Shown here one piece after another: positions 19,021 through 28,809 of a stretch of DNA of 32,565 nucleotides. The notes under the pieces were generated by a model, which saw only the letters and a list, made by a program, of their open reading frames with translations, searched no databases and had not been told where the DNA came from. Numbering within the stretch: position 1 is the first letter of the stretch; each line of letters starts with the position of its first letter. The position numbers and the translations under genes are program-made. Source of the stretch: Promethearchaeota archaeon (GTDB lineage: Archaea > Asgardarchaeota > Lokiarchaeia > Sigyniarchaeales > SOKP01); the NCBI GenBank assembly GCA_048940645.1, contig JBHLOI010000036.1, forward strand, positions 1 to 32,565, in the 5' to 3' direction.

Positions 19021-20502
19021 CTACTCTTTATCTTTTAACTCTTCAGAAAGCGTTCTATAAATATTTCTAATACTAATTATATTAAGAAAAAACTTAAAAT
19101 CTTCTTTAGAAAAACCCTTAAGAATATAATTGATTATAAAATATAGCAATATATCAAAAATCGCAAATAAGAGATGAATTAAGATAGAAAACTTAAATAG
19201 ACCATTAATCCATATTTGAAATAGCAATATCCCAAACATAATAAAAAAGTTTCGAAATGTACCCCAGTAAAATCTGAGATGGAACTTTTTATATATAATC
19301 GGTCTGTAAATTAATTGAATCAGAATTTTTGAAAATAAAAATGATAGGGCTCCACCATATACGCCTAAATTAAATACAAGAGGAGATATAAATAAAATCA
19401 TAAAACAGATCGAAAGAATATTTTCTATAATGGAAAATTTAGCCAAAAATTTAACCTCTCCCAATGCCTGTAATTGAACTATATTTACACAGTCAAGAGA
19501 AATAGGAATTAAAAGTAATATAAAGATAAATAAAATCTGACCAGTTAAACGGTAATCTTCACCAAATATTAGCACAAAGAAATCTGGTACATAAAGATAA
19601 GTCAAAAAAATAATAGGAAATATTAATAAATTCAATATCTTATGCGTATAATTAACAATTATAATATTTTCACTTTCTTTTCCATCACTTATATTCTTTG
19701 AGAATGTTGTAATTAATATATTTGAAATGCTAATTGTAATGATTAAAAAGTATGAAAAGAATTGTTTGGCGGAAAAGTAATTTGCGACATTACTGATGCT
19801 AGACCAATTATTTAGTAAGAGGACATCAATATTATTAGCTATAAAAATAAGACTATTTGTTATAAAAAAAGGAATACTATATCTAAAAAATTTTCTTAAA
19901 TACTCTTTATTAGGTTTCTTAAATCCTCTATTTTTTGTAAGAAATAAGCTTACTAAAAAATATGAAACGTTAGATATAAGTACTATATAAGTTAATAACC
20001 AAATATCAGATTGGAAAAAGGTTATTAACAAAACTAATAAAATAATTCTTAAAGATATAGCTGTTATTGAAGTTATAGCATTCTTAAAAACTTCCTTTTT
20101 ACTTAAAAATACTTGTTCAAAAAAACTAACCCTAAAGAATAGCATGGCAATAAAAAAAATATACACAACAAAAATTTCTCCGTTATAAATAGGAGCTAGA
20201 GGGATAAAACTTAACAAAACAATTGTATAAATCATAAATTGAATAATTCTGAAAGTTAAAAAGGTCCCATTACATATTGCTTCTTCCTCAGTATCCTTTG
20301 ACTCAGCAAAAAATTTCAAATAAGCTAATTGGATACCTAAATCATTAATAAGACTAAATGTTGTAAAAAACGATAAGATCGCTCCATAGTACCCAACAAC
20401 CTCGATATCGAAAATTATTCTAATTAAGTAAAAGAATATTAAACTTAATGCAATATTGACTATGTTTCCAACAATTAATAAAAAAATTTTCGTAGAATCC
20501 AT
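19021..20502 (-). CDS. Oligosaccharide flippase (MOP/Wzx family)
   Basis: About 14 hydrophobic segments, with VGYYG, DLGIQ, YSIPFF, NIDVLLL, VANY, FGEDY, LGVYGGA. Confidence 0.85.
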   Translation of the reverse strand: MDSTKIFLLIVGNIVNIALSLIFFYLIRIIFDIEVVGYYGAILSFFTTFSLINDLGIQLAYLKFFAESKDTEEEAICNGTFLTFRIIQFMIYTIVLLSFIPLAPIYNGEIFVVYIFFIAMLFFRVSFFEQVFLSKKEVFKNAITSITAISLRIILLVLLITFFQSDIWLLTYIVLISNVSYFLVSLFLTKNRGFKKPNKEYLRKFFRYSIPFFITNSLIFIANNIDVLLLNNWSSISNVANYFSAKQFFSYFLIITISISNILITTFSKNISDGKESENIIIVNYTHKILNLLIFPIIFLTYLYVPDFFVLIFGEDYRLTGQILFIFILLLIPISLDCVNIVQLQALGEVKFLAKFSIIENILSICFMILFISPLVFNLGVYGGALSFLFSKILIQLIYRPIIYKKFHLRFYWGTFRNFFIMFGILLFQIWINGLFKFSILIHLLFAIFDILLYFIINYILKGFSKEDFKFFLNIISIRNIYRTLSEELKDKE

Positions 20503-20573
20503 TAACTTTCAAAAAGAAAAATTTACTATAAATTTTTTTAAATAATTTAGCTATTCTTCAAATTAGATAATTA

Positions 20574-21710
20574 TTATTCTAAATTTACAAGGTATTGCAT
20601 AAGAAATTTTTTATAATCTTTCGGATCCTTGGCAGGTCTCTTTAGGTTAGACCTTGAACCCTGTTTTATTTTGACAATTAAGATAATAGGCCCTTCGGCA
20701 CTTTTTATAAATTTTATAGCCTCCTCTAATTCTTTTAAACTCTTAATTATTAAACCTGATTTATAATTAGAAGAGATAGCGATCTGTAATATATCAATTG
20801 AATTTGAATTTGTAGGTTGACCTCCTGTTGATTCATGAGCATTATTATCAAAAATAATATGCACAAAATTTAATGGGTTATATCGCCCTATTGTGGTAAA
20901 TGCACCCATTTGCATAATAGCCGCTGCATCTCCATCAAAAACAATAATTCTAGTATGTGGCTTTTCAAGTGCTATACTAAGACCAATAGAGCTGGCACAA
21001 CCCATTGAACCGATGTTATAAAAACTCTTAAAGTGATTTTTTTTTCTTGATTCTCTATATTCAAACAATTCTCTGGAAGTATATCCTGTGGTTGAAACAA
21101 CTATTTCATCTTCACCTAAATTATTCATTATTAAATTAATTACCTCTTCTCTGCTGAGAATATGTTCAATATCTTGCTTTACTCTTAAGTCATATTTTTC
21201 AAATAGATTACGCCGTATTATAAAAGCATAGGGACCACAATTTTTATTAAAATATTTTATAGCCTTATTTAGTTCTTCCTTAATTGATTTAATATTCGAT
21301 TCCAAAATACTATAAGGAATTTGAAGTGTGTCTAATAGTGATAGTGTAATTCTTCCCATTTTTTTATGTTGCGGAGCATCTTTTTTCCCAGGCTCTCCTC
21401 GCCATCCAATCATTAAAAGAAGGGGGATAGAATATACGTCAGGATCACATAGAGAAGTTAAGGGGTTTACAGCCTTACCAAGACCAGAATTTTGCATGTA
21501 AACAATACCAATTTTATTAGTGGCTAAATGATATCCTGCTGCTAAAGCAATTGCTTCGCACTCATTACATGCAACGATATGTTTTAAAATACCACCATCA
21601 TTATCTATAATGAATTTGATCCATTCCTTAAATGTTGAATCAGGAATTCCAGTAAAAAATGAAAATCCTTCATCCTTTAAAATATCAAAAAATTCTTGAC
21701 ATAAAATCAT
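20574..21710 (-). CDS. aepY: Phosphonopyruvate decarboxylase (ThDP-dependent)
   Basis: FTGIPDS, YMQNSGLG, IGWRGEPG, PQH, STTGYTSREL, GSMGCASS, DGD...NNAHESTGGQ. Clustered with PEP mutase. Confidence 0.93.
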   Translation of the reverse strand: MILCQEFFDILKDEGFSFFTGIPDSTFKEWIKFIIDNDGGILKHIVACNECEAIALAAGYHLATNKIGIVYMQNSGLGKAVNPLTSLCDPDVYSIPLLLMIGWRGEPGKKDAPQHKKMGRITLSLLDTLQIPYSILESNIKSIKEELNKAIKYFNKNCGPYAFIIRRNLFEKYDLRVKQDIEHILSREEVINLIMNNLGEDEIVVSTTGYTSRELFEYRESRKKNHFKSFYNIGSMGCASSIGLSIALEKPHTRIIVFDGDAAAIMQMGAFTTIGRYNPLNFVHIIFDNNAHESTGGQPTNSNSIDILQIAISSNYKSGLIIKSLKELEEAIKFIKSAEGPIILIVKIKQGSRSNLKRPAKDPKDYKKFLMQYLVNLE

Positions 21711-21738
21711 AACAATCAGCTCAACTTAAATATTGTTT

Positions 21739-22455
21739 TCATATTACTGAAAAATATTTTCTAATTACCTCTAAATCTTCAAAATCGTCAATTTCCATAC
21801 AGTGAATGTCGGTAATATAAATAGGTTTTAAAATTAATTCATTTAATATCTCATTTAAAGCATCTTCAGCATAGCAATATACCTTATTCTGCTTTATAAA
21901 TTTTTCAATTTGATTAAGCCAAGTTTTAAAAAACTGTTTTGAAAGTTTGTATAAAGGTGCTAAAAATGCGCTTTTAGGATCAAAAATTTCAACTCCTATT
22001 TTAGTTATTCTCTCATCAATTATTAGAGCTTTAAAATCTTTTTTAGGGATTTCAATTTCTTTATTCACAAGCACACAATTTTTTTCTTCAGAATTAAGTA
22101 TTTGTTCTAAGCTTAAAATTGAAAATATTAAGTCTCCATGTAATAGAATTACATCATCATTAATAAAATCTTTAAGTAAATGAATAGAATATATATAGTT
22201 TGTTTTCTCATATATTGGATTATGTATATATTGTACGTTCAAGGTTGGATAATTCTCACTGATATGACTTTTTATCTTCTCTTCAAAAGGGCCAGTTAGC
22301 ATAACTAAATCTATTAAATTGCACAAAATTAGATTTTTTAATTGAAGATCTAAAATAGTTTCATCATTAGTAATCTTAATGAGACATTTAGGATTATTTT
22401 CCGTTAAATATCCTAATCTTTTTCCAACTCCAGCATTTAAAATGACTGCTTTCAT
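21739..22455 (-). CDS. Phosphonate/phosphocholine cytidylyltransferase (PntC/LicC-like NTP transferase)
   Basis: ILNAGVGKRLGYLTENNPKCL, NPIYEKTNYIYS, LLHGDL, MEIDDFEDL. Overlaps the upstream reductase gene by ATGA. Confidence 0.85.
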   Translation of the reverse strand: MKAVILNAGVGKRLGYLTENNPKCLIKITNDETILDLQLKNLILCNLIDLVMLTGPFEEKIKSHISENYPTLNVQYIHNPIYEKTNYIYSIHLLKDFINDDVILLHGDLIFSILSLEQILNSEEKNCVLVNKEIEIPKKDFKALIIDERITKIGVEIFDPKSAFLAPLYKLSKQFFKTWLNQIEKFIKQNKVYCYAEDALNEILNELILKPIYITDIHCMEIDDFEDLEVIRKYFSVI

Positions 22456-23588
22456 TTAATCTCCTCTAAAATCTTTCTGAGTTGAACTTCGGTCAATAAT
22501 CGCGGATTATTTTTTACCCGATTTGGAGTAAATCCATTTCTAACTATGAGGTCAATATCCTCTGACGAATTTATCCCTAAATCGCTTAATTTAGTTTCTA
22601 AATTTATGTGTTTCATAATATATATGATTCTTTCTTTAGCATCTCGGAAATCGGAGGCACCAATAATAGATAGTAATCTATTCATTATATCTCTAACAAA
22701 ATTCACGCCCCTAGGGTCTAAAACATCATCATGATCAACCTCTGAATTAAAAACAATCATAGAAGGTAAAGTTAAAGCAACAGCATGTCCATGGGGGACA
22801 TTAAAATATGATGTGATAGGGTATGAAATAGCGTGGCAAGCAGTTGTTTTTGTTATATTTATTGCTTTCCCAGCATAATTGGCAGCAATTGCCATATTAT
22901 ACAATGATTTTTTGTTTTGATTAATACTTGCTCCAAAAATATTCTTCATAATTAACTTAATTGCTTTTTTAGCATACTTTCTGGATTCTTCTGTAGAATT
23001 TACATTCCAAAATGACTCAATTGCTTGTGTTAATGCATCCATAGACGAATATGTAATAATTTTTTTAGGTAGAGTTAACATGAAATGAGGATCGATGATT
23101 ACATAATTGGGCTGCATGAACTCTGGACTTGCTAAGGAATATTTTGTTTTCCCAATATAAACAACAGCAAAATGAGTTGCTTCACTACCAGAACCTACTG
23201 TAGTTGGAATACGAATTAAAGGAAACCCTTTTCTAATAATCCTAGCATCTCCTTTGATTAGATCTTCTGGATTGCCGTTATTTGTTGATAATATTGAAAT
23301 AGATTTACCCATATCAATGACAGAACCCCCTCCAACAGCAACTATTACATCATATTTATCCCTTTTAAAAATTTCTAATCCTTTTTTTATATCCTTAAGT
23401 TTTGGATTGGGAGTAAAATCATTGAAATGATAAAATTTGAAATTGGCAATTATTTTTAAAATAGAATTTTTTATTTCATCCTTTTCGAAGGATTTCTTTC
23501 CTGTTATTAAAAATATATTACTAAAATTATTCTGACGTAGTATCTTTCTCAAGTTTCTAATAGAATTAAATCCTCGATATTCAATCAT
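22452..23588 (-). CDS. Phosphonoacetaldehyde reductase (iron-dependent ADH family, PhpC/FomC-like)
   Basis: GGGSVIDMGK, IPTTVGSGSEAT, DALTQAIES, TTACHAISYP, PHGHAV. Lies between pepM and ppd. Confidence 0.88.
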   Translation of the reverse strand: MIEYRGFNSIRNLRKILRQNNFSNIFLITGKKSFEKDEIKNSILKIIANFKFYHFNDFTPNPKLKDIKKGLEIFKRDKYDVIVAVGGGSVIDMGKSISILSTNNGNPEDLIKGDARIIRKGFPLIRIPTTVGSGSEATHFAVVYIGKTKYSLASPEFMQPNYVIIDPHFMLTLPKKIITYSSMDALTQAIESFWNVNSTEESRKYAKKAIKLIMKNIFGASINQNKKSLYNMAIAANYAGKAINITKTTACHAISYPITSYFNVPHGHAVALTLPSMIVFNSEVDHDDVLDPRGVNFVRDIMNRLLSIIGASDFRDAKERIIYIMKHINLETKLSDLGINSSEDIDLIVRNGFTPNRVKNNPRLLTEVQLRKILEEIK

Positions 23589-23654
23589 TTTTTAGGAGCA
23601 ATTTCAATTCAAAATTAAATATGTTTAAATATTTTTTCCATATCTCTTAAAAAG

Positions 23655-25337
23655 TTATAACCATTTCTCCGCAAATTCTACATCTTTTTTATTATGAATT
23701 TCAAACCAGCCTTTATATACTTCTAATAAATGTACTTTAAAACCTCTGTCAATCATTTCTTGAATAAAGTCAGTAAATGAAGCTTTTTCAAAAGAATCTG
23801 CCTCATGGAACGGTCCTCTATGATTTGTTAAACAATCATAATAGATTTTTCGAATAATATTTACACCATATTCTGAAAAATAAGCGATTCCAATATACTC
23901 GTAATCAGCCATATTTTTATCAATATATTTCCCGATTCTTATAATTTCATTATCTTTTCGGTATAACATCCTCTGTTCTTTTGTTGGTTTATTTTTTGTC
24001 AAAACTAAATCAAGCTTTTTATCAATTTCATGTTTATGATATGCATATGAATTATCTACAACCAAAACGATATCATGTTTTACATTTAATAAATTGTTAA
24101 TTATTTGCTCGTTGAATAGTATATCTGAATTTAAGTAAATAAAGCCATTAATCATATCCTCCTTTGCTTTAAATAAAGAATATAAAATATAGGTATCATC
24201 ATAATCATCATTAATTATATATTTAACTCCCTCAATGTTAACTAACTCTTTTTTATACCCTTTAACGACAGTTACATCTTTAATTCCACAATTTTTTAAC
24301 AGATCAATTTGTCTCTGGAGTATAGGTTTGCCCTTGATATCTATTATTGATTTTGGAATGTCAAAAATCGGATCTTTACCAGCAGCTGGAATAATTACTC
24401 GAATCTTACCTTTTGTGTACTTTAAATCTTTTTCCCTTACTTCTAAAAATCCAACATCTTCGAAAATCGTTCTAACTGGGCTGCATAATGATTCTGCTTC
24501 AAAGGCTCTCCTATTCTTTAAAATGTTTAAAGCAGTCTCTTTCATAATCTTGTGAGCAGATCGTAATAAATGATTTGCATATATTACAATATTAAATCCA
24601 TGGTTTCTTAGTTCATCTTCAGTTACTATGTTATAAGTCGTTGGTACGCATATTAGTGGTTTCTTCAAATCCATTTCATAATATTTCTTTGCAAAATTAA
24701 AAATATCACTTGGACTATCATCTTTAGAATGAATCATTATCGCATCTGCTCCAGCATTTAAATATTTTTTTGCCCTAAATATTGCATCCTCTAATCCTGA
24801 ACCAGAAATGAAACTTTCAATTCTGGCTGCGATCATGAAGTCTGGTGAGAGTTGGATATTTTTACCTCTTTCAATTTTTATGGCGAATATATCAGGATCC
24901 TCTTGAGTCTGGTTTGAAGCAGGATCTAAACTATTTCTTTTAGGAAAAGTTTTATCCTCAATAATTACCATGGAAACGCCCATATCTTCTAAATGTCTAA
25001 CAAAATACTCAAAATTAGTAGCATCTCCCCCAGTATCACCATCAACAATTAATGGTTTTGTAGAACTGTTCAGGATTTGCCTTATTGTTTCATATCTCGA
25101 TTCAGGTCCAATTACATTAGCATCGGGATATCCTTTAGCAGCGCTTTCAGTTAAACTACTTTCCCAAATCGCATCGAATTCATAAATCTCATCTTCTTCG
25201 TTTATCTTAATATTATTAGCTATAATTGCACTTAAACCATTATGAGCTTCAATAACTCTGACAAAATTTTTTTCGTGAAGTATTTTTTTTAAGGTTCCTC
25301 TTCTCTTTTCTGGTGCAATCCTGTTAAGTAAGGCCAT
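23655..25337 (-). CDS. pepM: Phosphoenolpyruvate mutase fused to C-terminal NTP-transferase domain
   Basis: Diagnostic EDKxxxxxNS motif (EDKTFPKRNS), plus EAHNGLS, DGDTGG, ARIES, VPTTY, IYANHLLR. C-terminal IIPAAG...PK...NSDILF...WFEIH. Confidence 0.95.
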   Translation of the reverse strand: MALLNRIAPEKRRGTLKKILHEKNFVRVIEAHNGLSAIIANNIKINEEDEIYEFDAIWESSLTESAAKGYPDANVIGPESRYETIRQILNSSTKPLIVDGDTGGDATNFEYFVRHLEDMGVSMVIIEDKTFPKRNSLDPASNQTQEDPDIFAIKIERGKNIQLSPDFMIAARIESFISGSGLEDAIFRAKKYLNAGADAIMIHSKDDSPSDIFNFAKKYYEMDLKKPLICVPTTYNIVTEDELRNHGFNIVIYANHLLRSAHKIMKETALNILKNRRAFEAESLCSPVRTIFEDVGFLEVREKDLKYTKGKIRVIIPAAGKDPIFDIPKSIIDIKGKPILQRQIDLLKNCGIKDVTVVKGYKKELVNIEGVKYIINDDYDDTYILYSLFKAKEDMINGFIYLNSDILFNEQIINNLLNVKHDIVLVVDNSYAYHKHEIDKKLDLVLTKNKPTKEQRMLYRKDNEIIRIGKYIDKNMADYEYIGIAYFSEYGVNIIRKIYYDCLTNHRGPFHEADSFEKASFTDFIQEMIDRGFKVHLLEVYKGWFEIHNKKDVEFAEKWL

Positions 25338-25434
25338 TTTTTTATAAAAGTTCTGTATTCTATTTTATTAATAAAAATGTAAAGAATATAAAATATATTA
25401 GTGGACAATTTAATTGTGAGTAAAAAGATTATTA

Positions 25435-26655
25435 TCAATATTCTATTTCAAGGAAATCTAAAATTCTTCTGATTGAATTTCCATCTGTATATCTATTAAA
25501 TCTATCTCTAACTTGTTTTCTTTTTTGCTCAAACTCTTTTGTTATATTCTCAATATTTTTAATTGCATTTGTTAAATCTTTAAAATTATATAAAAGTGGT
25601 CCTGGAGCTATATCTTCCAGTTTATAATACATTCCTCTAATTTTTTTATATCTCTCAAGGTCATAAGGAAAAAGTAATATTGGTCTATTTAATAATGAGA
25701 AATCAAGCATCGTTGATGAATAATCAGTAATGAGGATATCTGTAATTATATATAATTCTTGAATATCTGCTGATTTAGGTACGAGTTTAAGATTTTCATA
25801 CTCTTTAAAATTAACATCTTGAACGAAATAATGCCCTTTTAGGAGGAATAGAGTTTTCATATCTTTAAGCATTTTATTTAATTCATGCAATTCTTTCTTT
25901 GAAATCGAAAACTTTAAACTGTGATCTTCTCTAAATGTGGGACAATACAGAATTATTTGATTTACACTTTCAGGGATTTGATATTTGGTTTTTAAATTTT
26001 CGATAAAATTTTCATCCTCATTAAATAATATATCATTTCTCGGGTAACCTAAAGCTAATATTTTCTCTTTTGGCACTTTAAAGGCAGAACTTAATATATT
26101 ATGCTCTAAGTCATCTCTAGTAGGAGTTAGGATATAATTAAGATAATCATTATATTTTAATTTTAATTTAAAATATCTACCCCACTTTTTATATACAAGA
26201 AATTCAAGATCCTCATCAAAAATAATTTTCTTTATAGGTGTACCATGCCAAGTTAGAATTGTTGTCGATCTCGGTGAAAATTCAATTGGTAGTACATCAT
26301 AAATACCATGTGTGATGAAAATAAATCTTGCTTTTCGTAGTAATTTTATTGCCATAATATTTAATGTGTGGATAGCATTATATCCCTTTAATCTAAGTTC
26401 TTTAACTAATTTCCGTGATTTTGCGACCCATACAACCTTATAATCTGAATGTTGATTTAAATATTCAAATAGATATTTGGTATTATCATGATATAGATTT
26501 CCTCCATACCCCCCCATAATAATTAATTTCTCATCAACTTTATTACTAAAAAGTTTGGATAAAAGTTTAAAGCCAAATGGTATAATAATATCTCTCAAAA
26601 ACTTATAATATTTATTATTTCTCAAAAAGGAGTATTTCTCAAGTTGCAAAACCAT
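25435..26655 (-). CDS. CDP-glycerol glycerophosphotransferase (TagB/TagF) family protein
   Basis: WHGTPIKK, GYPRND, YCPTFR, KGHY, ITDYSS. Confidence 0.9.
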   Translation of the reverse strand: MVLQLEKYSFLRNNKYYKFLRDIIIPFGFKLLSKLFSNKVDEKLIIMGGYGGNLYHDNTKYLFEYLNQHSDYKVVWVAKSRKLVKELRLKGYNAIHTLNIMAIKLLRKARFIFITHGIYDVLPIEFSPRSTTILTWHGTPIKKIIFDEDLEFLVYKKWGRYFKLKLKYNDYLNYILTPTRDDLEHNILSSAFKVPKEKILALGYPRNDILFNEDENFIENLKTKYQIPESVNQIILYCPTFREDHSLKFSISKKELHELNKMLKDMKTLFLLKGHYFVQDVNFKEYENLKLVPKSADIQELYIITDILITDYSSTMLDFSLLNRPILLFPYDLERYKKIRGMYYKLEDIAPGPLLYNFKDLTNAIKNIENITKEFEQKRKQVRDRFNRYTDGNSIRRILDFLEIEY

Positions 26656-26806
26656 CTGACATTATCACTCAATTCATTTTTAAGGTGGTCTATTTTATTT
26701 GTTTTATAGTAAATCTATTATCTTTAGAAATAAATTCAAAAGATTGTAATCATTAATAGTAATTAAAATTAATTTTAAAATAAAAAAGCTTAGTTAATTA
26801 GCATTT

Positions 26807-27370
26807 TCACACATTATTAGTTAACCGTTCGTTTGGTAGATAACCCATATCATTTAAAGCTTTTAATACAATTTGTTTACTTTCTTCTACTGTTTGTTTA
26901 TCAGTTTCAACAATTATATCTGCTTGATCTGGTTCTTCAAATGGGTGGTCTATTCCTGTGAAATCTTTAATTTCTCCTGCTCTTGCTTTAGCATACATAC
27001 CTTTTATATCTCTTTCTTCACACACTTCGAGTAAACACTTAACATAAACGAGTATATAATCACCAATTTCATTTCTTGAATATGCCCGAATCTTATTATA
27101 TGGTGATACAAAAGAGGCAAGGACAGCAACACCATTTCGGGTTAAAAGCTTAGCAACAAACGTGACTCTCTCAATATTCATATTTCGATCCTCTTCAGTG
27201 AATCCCAAATCACGTGTTAAACTCTTTCTAACAATATCTCCATCTAAACGTTCAACTTTCATTCCTCTTTTTTTCAAATCGTCAGCAACAGCATCTGCAA
27301 GTACAGATTTCCCTGAGCAAGGAAGCCCTGTAAACCATAACGTAAATCCTTTATGTTCTATTTTTTTCAC
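26807..27370 (-). CDS. cysC: Adenylyl-sulfate (APS) kinase
   Basis: WFTGLPCSGKS, LDGDIVR, DLGFTEEDR, RDIKGMYAKA, FTGIDHPFEEP. Confidence 0.96.
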   Translation of the reverse strand: MKKIEHKGFTLWFTGLPCSGKSVLADAVADDLKKRGMKVERLDGDIVRKSLTRDLGFTEEDRNMNIERVTFVAKLLTRNGVAVLASFVSPYNKIRAYSRNEIGDYILVYVKCLLEVCEERDIKGMYAKARAGEIKDFTGIDHPFEEPDQADIIVETDKQTVEESKQIVLKALNDMGYLPNERLTNNV

Positions 27371-27375
27371 CTTTT

Positions 27376-28764
27376 TTAAAATTCTATTACATTTCCTTCC
27401 ATATCTTTTGGAATATCAAATCCTAAAATATTTAGGCAAGTTGGAGCAATGTCTAATATGTTCTTGGTGCCTAAATCCTTTCCAATTTTACTTCCTGGAT
27501 TATAAATAATATATATTCCGTAATAATCATGTACAGCATCATCTGGTCCCGTATCATTTTCTTTTAAATACATAGATTCATAACCTACTGTACCAGCAGA
27601 CCTCCAATTTAAATCATCAAAATATACCATTAAATCAGGTGGATCTCCCCGAATTATTGCATAAAAATCTTCAGGTTTATAGACTTTTGTATTCATAGTT
27701 TTACCAGAGTCATCCTTTATTGATTTTATCTTTTCTGCTATAACTTCCCTCATTTTTTCATAGTCTTCCTTTTTAATGATACCCTGAGGTTCTCTTCCTT
27801 CAACGTTTAAAAAAATCCTAGCATAATAACCACCCCAACCCCAAGCATATGTTCTGTTCCAATCTATTATTGCATCATCTAATCTAGTTCTTGGTTCGGG
27901 TTTCTCTTTAAATTTTAGTAATCCAAGTTCTTCAAAAGCCATATTAACGCATATTAAACCTTTCATTGCTTTTGCTCCATGATCGGATGCTACAATAACA
28001 GTTGTATTATCATCCAACAAATCCAAAATTTCCCCTACTTCTTCATCTAAATATTTATAATATTTACGCATTTCAAGCTCGAATTTATTTCCAGGAACGT
28101 ATTTGTTATGTTTTTTATCAAAATATTTCCAAAAAGCGTGATGAAATCTATCTAAACCTATTATAACAAATTGGAAAAAGTCCCAATCTTTATTTTTCAT
28201 CAAATATTTGATTGTTTTAAATTGAATCTTAGTCATTTCATATATTTGCTTTAACAAGGCTTTTTTATTTTCTACTCTAAAATTTGCATCTAAAATGTAA
28301 TTGCCAACTTTCTCTTCTATTTCTTGTTTCAGTTCAGGGGGATATGTATAATTTGAGTCTGTATCTGGTGCTATAAAGCCAGCAATCAAGTTACCATTAA
28401 TCAATTTGACTGGATATGTGGGAGGTACTCCAATAATAATGCTTTTTAACCCGTTTCTGCCAATTATATCCCAAATGGTAGGTTCTTTTACTGAATTTGA
28501 AGTGGCTATCCAAAAATCATTATAAGCAAATTTCTTTCGATGTCTAAATCCATAAATCCCAAGAGTACCAGCTTTTTTACCTGTTGCCATAACCATCCAT
28601 GCTGGTATTGTAATTGGAGGATCAGAACTTCTTAATTTTCCATATACTCCATTTTCCATTAATTTTCTAATATTTGGGCAATCATCGATGAAGTCATTAA
28701 ATAAAGTTCTTGGTGTAGCACAATCTAAACCAATAAGGACCAATTTCTTTTTTTTTTTACTCAT
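27376..28764 (-). CDS. Alkaline-phosphatase-superfamily (NPP/COG3379-like) metalloenzyme with Thr nucleophile
   Basis: IGLDCAT, SSDPPITIPAW, LDRFHHAFW, ASDHG, DAVH, ILDIAPT. No CxPxR sulfatase motif. Confidence 0.88.
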   Translation of the reverse strand: MSKKKKKLVLIGLDCATPRTLFNDFIDDCPNIRKLMENGVYGKLRSSDPPITIPAWMVMATGKKAGTLGIYGFRHRKKFAYNDFWIATSNSVKEPTIWDIIGRNGLKSIIIGVPPTYPVKLINGNLIAGFIAPDTDSNYTYPPELKQEIEEKVGNYILDANFRVENKKALLKQIYEMTKIQFKTIKYLMKNKDWDFFQFVIIGLDRFHHAFWKYFDKKHNKYVPGNKFELEMRKYYKYLDEEVGEILDLLDDNTTVIVASDHGAKAMKGLICVNMAFEELGLLKFKEKPEPRTRLDDAIIDWNRTYAWGWGGYYARIFLNVEGREPQGIIKKEDYEKMREVIAEKIKSIKDDSGKTMNTKVYKPEDFYAIIRGDPPDLMVYFDDLNWRSAGTVGYESMYLKENDTGPDDAVHDYYGIYIIYNPGSKIGKDLGTKNILDIAPTCLNILGFDIPKDMEGNVIEF

Positions 28765-28809
28765 AATGATACCAACACAAGGCTCTTATTTTTATAATTT
28801 ACATAAAAA

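Noticed and set aside
23655-25337. Isocitrate or methylisocitrate lyase
   Set aside because: It has the PepM EDKxxxxxNS motif rather than K(K/R)CGH, and sits with ppd.
20574-25337. Phosphonate antibiotic or methylphosphonate cluster
   Set aside because: No MpnS/HEPD, radical SAM, ATP-grasp or NRPS genes. The neighbours are a flippase, GTs and a TagF-like gene.
27376-28764. Formylglycine-dependent sulfatase
   Set aside because: No (C/S)xPxR motif. The nucleophile position is Thr.
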